Assembly (NCBI GenBank): GCA_041611735.1
Contig: JBFIML010000048.1
Coordinates: 1 to 29,934, forward strand
Direction of reading: 5' to 3'
Origin: Myxococcota bacterium
GTDB lineage: Bacteria; Myxococcota_A; UBA9160; PR03
DNA: 29,934 nt
Each line of letters starts with the position of its first letter. Within the stretch, counting starts at the first letter, position 1. Under the pieces are notes generated by a model. It had not been told where the DNA came from, did not search any database, and was given only the letters and a program-made list of their open reading frames with translations. Shown here one piece after another: positions 7,684 through 14,561 of this stretch. A program made the position numbers and the translations under genes.

Positions 7684-7872
7684 ATGGGCGATCCGCATGC
7701 GCGCCCGCCCGAGCGTCCCGGCGGCGAGCCGCCGGAGGAGATCCCGCTGGGACAGCGGCTGCTGGACAGCCCGTTCCTGCTGCTCGTGGCCTGCATGGTG
7801 GTGATGTTCGTCTTCTTCACGGGCTGGGGACTCGTGGAGATCTTCACCCTCCCCGAGGCCCCGCTTCCCTGA
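7684..7872 (+). CDS. 62-aa single-helix membrane protein, probable small subunit of the adjacent heme-copper enzyme
   Basis: ATG 7684 with GGGAGG upstream. MGDPHARPPERPGGEPPEEIPLGQRLLDSPFLLLVACMVVMFVFFTGWGLVEIFTLPEAPLP. Confidence 0.75.
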   Translation: MGDPHARPPERPGGEPPEEIPLGQRLLDSPFLLLVACMVVMFVFFTGWGLVEIFTLPEAPLP

Positions 7873-7891
7873 CGGCGGGGCGAGGAACGTC

Positions 7892-8464
7892 ATGGCCACC
7901 TACCAAACCGGGATCCAAGCGCCCCAGGGCGTGTGGTGGAAGCCCGTCCACGGCAGCGAGAAGATCTGGGCCGCCATCGCCTTCGCCTGGTGCATGGTGC
8001 TCTTCGCGATGATGCCGCTCTGGCACCTGCGCGGCGGGCAGAACCCCTCGGGCATCCGTCACCGGGTCGAGCCCGCGGCCTACTCGGCGCGGGTGCGGGA
8101 GTTCATCGCGCAGTACCAGGTGGGGACGGACGGAGGCTTCCCGGTGGTGGAGCCTCCGCCCGGAAGCCACGTCTACCTGCAGGCCGCCATGTGGTCCTGG
8201 ACGCCGGTGCTGCGGCTCCAGCAGGGCGCCGAGTACATCCTCCACCTCTCCTCCGTGGACGTGAACCACGGCTTCCACCTGTTCCCCCTGAACGTGAACT
8301 TCCAGGTGGTGCCGGGCTACGACTACGGCCTGCGCGTCACCCCCACCGCGGCGGGGGAGTTTCAGATCATCTGCAACGAGTTCTGCGGCGTCGGGCACCA
8401 CCTGATGGTCGGCAAGGTCGTGGTGGTGCCTCCCTCGCTCGCCGCCGCGGAGGGAGCCCGATGA
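7892..8464 (+). CDS. CuA-containing subunit II, single TM (B-family/eNOR type)
   Basis: One TM helix, HLSSVDVNHGF and the CuA motif CNEFCGVGHHLM. Confidence 0.92.
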   Translation: MATYQTGIQAPQGVWWKPVHGSEKIWAAIAFAWCMVLFAMMPLWHLRGGQNPSGIRHRVEPAAYSARVREFIAQYQVGTDGGFPVVEPPPGSHVYLQAAMWSWTPVLRLQQGAEYILHLSSVDVNHGFHLFPLNVNFQVVPGYDYGLRVTPTAAGEFQIICNEFCGVGHHLMVGKVVVVPPSLAAAEGAR

Positions 8465-10185
8465 AGGCGGAGCTGCGCACGTGTCCGGCGACGGGGCTGC
8501 GCGTCCACGACCAGGCCGACGCGCTCATCAAGGCCCATGCGGTGGTGGCCACGGTCGCCCTCCTGGTGGGCGGCGTGGCCGCCATCGGCGTGCTGCTCAC
8601 GCGCTGGCAGGCCGTGCACCTTCTGGACGTGGTGTGGTTCTACCGGCTGCTCACCGTGCACGGCATGAACATGCTGATCTTCTACATCATCTTCTTCGAG
8701 ATGGCGGTGCTCTACTTCGCGTCGGCGGTGCTCTTGAGCTGCCGCATCCCGGCGCCGAAGGTGGGCTGGCTGGCCTTCGGGTTGATGGTCGTCGGGACGC
8801 TCCTGGTCGAGTGGACCATGTTCACGGGGAAGGCGGACGTGCTGTTCACGTCGTACGTGCCCCTGCGCGCAGAGCCGCCCTTCTACCTGGGTGTGATCCT
8901 CTTCGCGGTGGGCGCCCTGGTGGTGGTGGGCCACTTCTTCGCCATCCTTGTGGTGGCGAAGCGCGAGCGCACCTACACGGGCTCCGTGCCGCTGGTGACC
9001 TTCGGAGCGCTGACCGCCGCCATCATCGCGGCCGTCACGCTCCTGCACGGGGCCATCGTCTACATCCCGACCTGGCTCTGGTCCATGGGCTTGATGAACA
9101 TCGACCCGGAGTTCTACCGGCTCGTCTGGTGGGGGCTCGGACACTCGTCGCAGCAGATCAACGTCGCCGCCATGGTGTCGATCTGGTACCTGCTCGGCGC
9201 GCTCACGGTGGGCGGCGTCGTGCTCAACGAGAAGGTGAGCCGCGGCGCCTTCGCGCTCTACATCCTCTTCATCTCCATGGCCTCGGCGCACCACCTGCTG
9301 GTGGACCCGGGCTTCGGCCCCTCCTGGAAGGTCTGGAACACCAGCTACTTCATGTACATGGCCGTGCTGGCCAGCATGATCCACGGCTTCACGGTGCCCG
9401 CCGGCGTGGAGATGGGCCAGCGGCTGCGGGGCATGACCGCGGGGCTGTTCGGCTGGCTGCGGCACGCGCCCTGGGGCGACCCGGGCTGGAGCGCGCTCGT
9501 CTTCTCGGTGGTGATCTTCGGCTTCGTGGGCGGCATCACCGGCGTAACCTTCGGGACCGAGCAGATCAACATCATCGCCCACAACACGCTGCGCATCCCC
9601 GGCCACTTCCACGCCACGGTGGTGGCGGGCACGGCACTCGCCTTCATGGGGGTCACCTACTACGTGATCCCGCTGATCTTCCGGCGCGAGATCGCGTTCT
9701 TCCGGCTGGCTCAGATCCAGCCCTACCTGTTCGCGATCGGCATGACGATCTTCTCGATCGCCATGACCTTCGCAGGCACCTTCGGAGCGCCGCGGCGACA
9801 CTGGGACATCACGTTCTCCGGGGCCCCCTTCCAGGTGGAGTTCTCGCCGGCCGTGGACCTCGTGATCGGCGTGATGGCCGTGGGCGGCATCGTGGGGATC
9901 GTGGGCGGAGCGATCTACATCCTGGTGACGGTCGTCTCGGTCTTCTTCGGCAGGCGCCTGGGGCCGGAGGAGAGCGGGGTCGGCGCCCACGGCAAGGGGC
10001 TCCCGCTCGGGATCGTGCAGCCCCCGCGCGCGCTCGGGCCCGGCGACGACGACACGACGCTGGCGCGCCACCCGCTCGGACACGTGCCGGGGACGATGGT
10101 GCTGGTGATCGTCTTCCTGGCGGCCTTCGTGGTCTACTACTTCGTCAACTGGAAGCTGCTCTCCGTGGTGTGGAAGGTGGGCTGA
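8461..10185 (+). CDS. Heme-copper superfamily subunit I lacking the active-site Tyr; probable eNOR-type nitric oxide reductase
   Basis: ATG 8461 overlaps the subunit II stop (ATGA). His ligands in TVHGMNM, GHSSQQIN, SAHHLL, PGHFHAT; PRR present. The H+4 position is Gln instead of Tyr. Confidence 0.85.
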   Translation: MKAELRTCPATGLRVHDQADALIKAHAVVATVALLVGGVAAIGVLLTRWQAVHLLDVVWFYRLLTVHGMNMLIFYIIFFEMAVLYFASAVLLSCRIPAPKVGWLAFGLMVVGTLLVEWTMFTGKADVLFTSYVPLRAEPPFYLGVILFAVGALVVVGHFFAILVVAKRERTYTGSVPLVTFGALTAAIIAAVTLLHGAIVYIPTWLWSMGLMNIDPEFYRLVWWGLGHSSQQINVAAMVSIWYLLGALTVGGVVLNEKVSRGAFALYILFISMASAHHLLVDPGFGPSWKVWNTSYFMYMAVLASMIHGFTVPAGVEMGQRLRGMTAGLFGWLRHAPWGDPGWSALVFSVVIFGFVGGITGVTFGTEQINIIAHNTLRIPGHFHATVVAGTALAFMGVTYYVIPLIFRREIAFFRLAQIQPYLFAIGMTIFSIAMTFAGTFGAPRRHWDITFSGAPFQVEFSPAVDLVIGVMAVGGIVGIVGGAIYILVTVVSVFFGRRLGPEESGVGAHGKGLPLGIVQPPRALGPGDDDTTLARHPLGHVPGTMVLVIVFLAAFVVYYFVNWKLLSVVWKVG

Positions 10186-10186
10186 G

Positions 10187-11089
10187 ATGGGCGTGGCAGC
10201 CCTCTACGCGCTGTTGGCCGTGACGGCGGGATGGTGGGCCCTCGCCCTTTGGCCCGTGCCCGAGGCCCCGGAGTGGCTGGCCCGCACGCGCTGGGTGTGC
10301 TTCAACGCCGCGCCCAACGGGCTCCCGGACGTCTCCGGCTGGCTGCTGCTCGTCGGGCAACCGATCGGGATGCTGGCGGTCCTCATGGCGGGCTGGGGTC
10401 GCGCGGTCCGCTCCGGACTGCGCGCGCTCGCGGCGCGAAGCGCCGGGCGCACGGCCCTCGGGGCGACGGGCCTGCTGCTGGTGGCGGGCCTCGCCCTGGC
10501 GGGCGTGCGCGTGACCACGGCGGAGCGCAGCGAGGTCTTCGCCCTGGGTCAGGGGGCCCCGCCCCTGGACGGGTGGCCGCGCCTGGACCGCGAGGCCCCG
10601 GCCCTGGGCCTGGTGGACCAGCACGGCGAGCGCCTCGAGCTGGCCCGGCTGCGAGGACGACCGGCCCTGGTCACCTTCGCCTTCGGGCACTGCGGGAGCT
10701 TCTGCCCGGCCCTCGTGCGGCAGACGCTCGAGGCCCAGCAGCAGCTGCGCGCGCGGGCGGCTGCCGGAGAGACGCAGGCCACGCGGATCCCGCGCGTCGT
10801 CATCCTGACCATGGACCCGTGGCGGGACACGCCCTCGCGTCTGCCGCACCTGGCGAAGCACTGGGGCGTGGACGAGGACGGGTTCGTGCTCTCGGGCCAG
10901 GTGGACCAGGTGAACCGCGTGCTCGACGCCTGGGGGGTCGCCCGCAGCCGCGACGCGCAGAGCGGCGAGGTCACCCATCCGCCGCTCGTCTACGTGCTGG
11001 ACGCCTGGGGACGCATCGCCTACGGCGCCACCGGGGACGTGGCCACGATCGTGGCGCTGGTGGAGCGCTCCCAGGGGGACGCTTCGTAG
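10187..11089 (+). CDS. SCO family copper chaperone with N-terminal membrane domain
   Basis: LVDQHG, FAFGHCGSFCP (CxxxC), DPWRDTP and the conserved His in VTHPPLVYVLD. The N-terminus has about three hydrophobic segments. Confidence 0.88.
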   Translation: MGVAALYALLAVTAGWWALALWPVPEAPEWLARTRWVCFNAAPNGLPDVSGWLLLVGQPIGMLAVLMAGWGRAVRSGLRALAARSAGRTALGATGLLLVAGLALAGVRVTTAERSEVFALGQGAPPLDGWPRLDREAPALGLVDQHGERLELARLRGRPALVTFAFGHCGSFCPALVRQTLEAQQQLRARAAAGETQATRIPRVVILTMDPWRDTPSRLPHLAKHWGVDEDGFVLSGQVDQVNRVLDAWGVARSRDAQSGEVTHPPLVYVLDAWGRIAYGATGDVATIVALVERSQGDAS

Positions 11090-11160
11090 CCGCACCGAGG
11101 CCCCGCAGGCGGCCGCGGCGCGCTGGCGTATCCTGCCGGTGCGCGCCCGGGAGGATCCCC

Positions 11161-12006
11161 ATGAGCTTCGATCGACTGCGTCGCGTGAAGGTGGGTGAGC
11201 TCGAGGTCGCCTTTCGCGAGGCGGGCAGCGGCGAGCCGCTACTGCTCGTGCACGGCTGGCCACTCGCGTCCCTGACCTGGCGCAAGGTGGTGCCCGGCCT
11301 CGAGGCGGGCGCCCGCTGCATCGCCCTGGATCTGCTCGGCGCCGGCGAGAGCCTGGTGGACCCGGACCGCGAGCTCGGCCTGGCGGCCCAGTCCCAGCTC
11401 CTGGCCGGCTTCGTGGATGCCCTCGGCCTGGATCGCGTCACGTTGATCGGCCACGACTCCGGCGGCTCCGTGGCGCGCGGCTTCGCCGTGGCGCACCCGG
11501 GGCGCGTCGGGCGCCTGGTGCTGGCGGACACCGAGGTCCCGGGCCACCGACCTCTGCTCGTCACGCTGATCCAGGGCCTCTCGCGCCTGCCCGGCGCCAC
11601 CGCGCTGCTCGGGAGCGCCTTCCGCAGCAGGACCCTGGCGCGCAGCCCCCTGGGCCTGCGCTCCTGCTTCGCGAACCTCAACGCCTTCGACTTCGACGAG
11701 TTCTTCGCCAACTTGATCGCCCCGAACGCACGCGAGCAGGCGCTCGCGTGCAATCGCAAGTTCATGCTGGACTTCGACTTCGGCGAGGTGGACGCCGTGG
11801 GCCAGCGATACGACGCGCTGCGCATGCCGAAGTGCCTGATCTGGGGCGAGCAGGATCGCTTCTTCCCGCTGGCCCAGGGTCGCCGGCTCGCCGGCATGCT
11901 GCCCGAGCCGACGCGCTTCGAGTCGGTGCCCGGGGCGGGCCTCTTCGTGCACGAGGAGCAGCCCGACGCGTGGGTCCGCATCGTACGCTCCTTCCTGGCG
12001 AGCTGA
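11161..12006 (+). CDS. Alpha/beta-fold hydrolase (epoxide hydrolase/dehalogenase-like)
   Basis: ATG 11161 after GGGAGG. LVHGWP, DLLGAGES, nucleophile elbow GHDSGG, IWGEQD. Confidence 0.88.
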   Translation: MSFDRLRRVKVGELEVAFREAGSGEPLLLVHGWPLASLTWRKVVPGLEAGARCIALDLLGAGESLVDPDRELGLAAQSQLLAGFVDALGLDRVTLIGHDSGGSVARGFAVAHPGRVGRLVLADTEVPGHRPLLVTLIQGLSRLPGATALLGSAFRSRTLARSPLGLRSCFANLNAFDFDEFFANLIAPNAREQALACNRKFMLDFDFGEVDAVGQRYDALRMPKCLIWGEQDRFFPLAQGRRLAGMLPEPTRFESVPGAGLFVHEEQPDAWVRIVRSFLAS

Positions 12007-12579
12007 TCAGAGCGCGGCGACGTACCCGGCGAGTTGCTCGCCCACCACCAGGACGGGCTGCGCGCTGCGCCGGGCCCGCCCCATGAGCAGCGCCCCTTCG
12101 AAGGCAGCGACGATCAGCGTGGCGGCCTGCTCGGCCCGCGCGCGGTCGGCGAACGCCGGCTCCAGGGCCTCGGCGGTCTGGCGCTGCCAGTCGTCGTAGG
12201 CCTCGATGCAGGCCCCGGCGAGGGGCGGGTACTCGGGGACGCTCTCCAGGGTGAAGGCCGCCGCCGGGCAGCCCTCGGTGAAGTCGGTCTGCTCCAGCCA
12301 GCGCGCCAGGCCGCGGGCGAGCTTGCGGACGAAGGCGGCGGGGTCCCGGGCGCGCGCCCGGGCGGAGCCGATCAGCTCCCCTACCTCCCGGGTCGAGCCG
12401 CGCACCGCCTCCACCGCCAGCTCGGGCTTCCCATGCGGGAAGTGGAAGTAGAAGGATCCCCGGGGGGCTCCGCTCTCCTCCAGGATCTGGGCCAGGCCGG
12501 TCCCGTGATAGCCCTGGCGTTGGAACAGTCGAGAGGCGGTCTGGATTGCCTTCTGGCGGGCGTCGGAGCGGCGTGCCAT
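12007..12579 (-). CDS. TetR/AcrR family regulator (LmrA/YxaF-like)
   Basis: LFQRQGYHGTGLAQIL...APRGSFYFHFPHGK HTH, GCP motif, FEGALLM. Confidence 0.92.
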   Translation of the reverse strand: MARRSDARQKAIQTASRLFQRQGYHGTGLAQILEESGAPRGSFYFHFPHGKPELAVEAVRGSTREVGELIGSARARARDPAAFVRKLARGLARWLEQTDFTEGCPAAAFTLESVPEYPPLAGACIEAYDDWQRQTAEALEPAFADRARAEQAATLIVAAFEGALLMGRARRSAQPVLVVGEQLAGYVAAL

Positions 12580-12598
12580 GGCGGCAGGGTAGCAGTTG

Positions 12599-12645
12599 TA
12601 TGACGGTCGTCCTATATGGTATGAGTATGATGATCATCATAGTCA
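12599..12645. promoter_or_regulatory. Two tandem palindromic operators, probably bound by the adjacent TetR
   Basis: Perfect 16-bp palindrome TATGATGATCATCATA (12626-12641) and a related imperfect copy TATGACGGTCGTCCTA (12599-12614), in the AT-rich divergent intergenic region. Confidence 0.75.
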
Positions 12646-12671
12646 CCCACCCCTTCGGAAGGAGGACCCCC

Positions 12672-13055
12672 ATGGACGACGCCACCATGCGCGCACTCAA
12701 GCAGCGGGTCCAGGACGCCTGGAATGCCCAGGACGTGGACGAGGTGCTGGCCGGCTACACGGACGACCTCGTCTACCGCGACCCCAACACCCAGGGCGAG
12801 GTGAAGGGACCCGATGCCATGCGGCGCTACCTCCGCAAGCTCTTCGCCGGCTGGCGCATGCACTGGACGCTCCGGGACGTGCACCCCTTCGAGGGACGCG
12901 GCGGCTGCGCGGTGACCTGGCGGGCGAGCTTCCAGCGCCCGGACCGCGCCGGGACCGTGGAGACCGACGGCATGGACCTCGTCGTCTTCCGGGGCGAGCG
13001 GATCCAGCGCAACGAGGTCTACTTCGACCGCAGCGTGCTTGCGCCGCTGCTCTGA
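12672..13055 (+). CDS. SnoaL-like / NTF2-fold protein
   Basis: AAGGAGG RBS. AWNAQDVD...YTDDLVYRDP...GMDLVVFRGERIQRNEVYFD. Confidence 0.88.
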   Translation: MDDATMRALKQRVQDAWNAQDVDEVLAGYTDDLVYRDPNTQGEVKGPDAMRRYLRKLFAGWRMHWTLRDVHPFEGRGGCAVTWRASFQRPDRAGTVETDGMDLVVFRGERIQRNEVYFDRSVLAPLL

Positions 13056-13086
13056 TCCCGGCCCGGAGGGTGTAGGATGGAGGGCC

Positions 13087-13692
13087 GTGCAGGAGATCCT
13101 TCCCGGCCTCTTCCACTGGACCGCCGTCCACCCGAAGATCCGCATGGCGGTGAGTTCGTACTGGGTGGAGCCGGCGGGCGTGCTGCTCGATCCCCTGCTC
13201 CCCGCCCAGGGGATCGAGTGGTTCCGGGGTCGGACCCCGCTGCCGCAGCACGTGATCCTCACCAACCGCCACCACTGGCGCCACAGCGGCGCGTTCCAGG
13301 AGGCCTTCGGCTGCGCGGTGTGGTGCAATGCCGAGGGCATGCACGAGTTCACCCGAGGCGAGCCGGTGCGGCCCTTCCGGGCGGGCGATCCGCTGCCGGG
13401 GGGGATCGAGAGCCACCCCGTGGGCGTCCTGTGTCCGGACGAGACGGCCCTGCGCATCTCGGTGGCGGAGGGCGCCCTGGCGGTGGCGGACGGCGTGGTA
13501 CGCGACGGCCGCGGCCCCCTCGCCTTCGTGCCGGATCCCCTGCTCGGCGAGGAGCCCGAGGCCATCAAGCGCGGCCTGCGGGCGGCCTACGCGCGGCTCC
13601 TGGCCCTCGAGTTCGACCACCTGCTGCTCGCGCACGGGGAGCCCTGGATCGGCGGCGCCAGGCAGGCGCTGCGACGCTTCGTGGAAGATTGA
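13087..13692 (+). CDS. Metallo-beta-lactamase-fold protein with degenerate metal motif
   Basis: GTG after GGAGGG. VLLDP, VILTNRHHWRHS, ALAVADG, FDHLLLAHG. Confidence 0.7.
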   Translation: MQEILPGLFHWTAVHPKIRMAVSSYWVEPAGVLLDPLLPAQGIEWFRGRTPLPQHVILTNRHHWRHSGAFQEAFGCAVWCNAEGMHEFTRGEPVRPFRAGDPLPGGIESHPVGVLCPDETALRISVAEGALAVADGVVRDGRGPLAFVPDPLLGEEPEAIKRGLRAAYARLLALEFDHLLLAHGEPWIGGARQALRRFVED

Positions 13693-13693
13693 G

Positions 13694-14173
13694 GTGCTCT
13701 GGTACTTCGCCTACGGGAGCAATCTCGACCCGGAGACCTTCCTCGGGCGGCGGCGGATGAAGCCGCACGAGGCGCGCACCGCTCTGCTGCGCGAGTACCG
13801 GCTCGTCTTCGATCTCGCGGTGGGAAAGGGCGAGCGCGGTGTGGCGAACCTGCTGCCCACGGCGGGCGAGTGGGTGCACGGGGTCGCCTACCGGCTGAGC
13901 GAGTCCGGCGCGCGCTGGCTGGACCGCACCGAAGGCGTCCCGCGCTCCTACCAGCGCGTGGACGTCGCGCTCGAGGCCGACGGCAACCTGCGGCTCGACG
14001 CCTTCACCTACGTCTCGCCCCACCGGCGCCCGGAGCGAAAGCCCTCGCGGCGCTACCTGGAACTCCTGCTGCGCGGCGCCCGGCACCACGGGCTCCCGGA
14101 GGAATGGGTCGCCTGGCTGCGGGACCTCCCGCAGGCTGTGGACGAGCGCGTGGCCCAGGGGGAGCTCCTTTGA
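13694..14173 (+). CDS. Gamma-glutamylcyclotransferase family protein
   Basis: YFAYGSNL, GVANL, VHGVAY, LDRTEG, PSRRYL...GARHHGLP. Confidence 0.88.
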   Translation: MLWYFAYGSNLDPETFLGRRRMKPHEARTALLREYRLVFDLAVGKGERGVANLLPTAGEWVHGVAYRLSESGARWLDRTEGVPRSYQRVDVALEADGNLRLDAFTYVSPHRRPERKPSRRYLELLLRGARHHGLPEEWVAWLRDLPQAVDERVAQGELL

Positions 14174-14187
14174 GCGAGACTGCCGCG

Positions 14188-14550
14188 ATGACCCTGCACT
14201 TCGTCTACAACGTGGAGGGCACACCGCTCGCCATGGCCCTGGACTTCGTGCACCGGCTGCGCTCGCCGGAGACCTACCCGTGCAGGCTGTGCGACGTGAC
14301 CTACGGGCGCTGGGTCAAGAAGGCCGCCTGGCGGCGCTTCGTGCGGGATCTCCCCGGGGAGTCGCGCTTCCACCTGCGGGGCAGCTTCCGGCGCCGCTTC
14401 CCGGACCACGCGGATACCCCCCTCCCTGCGGTCTTCCTGGAGCGGAGCCCGGGACGCCTGGAGCCCCTGATCCCAGCCCACGAGATGCAGCGCGTTTCGA
14501 GCCTCGAAGAGCTCGAACGGCTGCTGGAGAAGCGGCTGGCCGGCGTCTAG
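14188..14550 (+). CDS. Conserved hypothetical protein with SPxTYxCxLCxxTYG motif
   Basis: MTLHFVYN...HRLRSPETYPCRLCDVTYG...FHLR...LPAVF. It is the 3' part of track ORF 13870..14550 and is co-oriented in the operon. Confidence 0.7.
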   Translation: MTLHFVYNVEGTPLAMALDFVHRLRSPETYPCRLCDVTYGRWVKKAAWRRFVRDLPGESRFHLRGSFRRRFPDHADTPLPAVFLERSPGRLEPLIPAHEMQRVSSLEELERLLEKRLAGV

Positions 14551-14561
14551 GGCCGCGGGCC

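Noticed and set aside
7933-8460. Apparent 176-aa extension of the eNOR-like subunit I
   Set aside because: It overlaps subunit II out of frame; ATGA coupling at 8461 defines the start.
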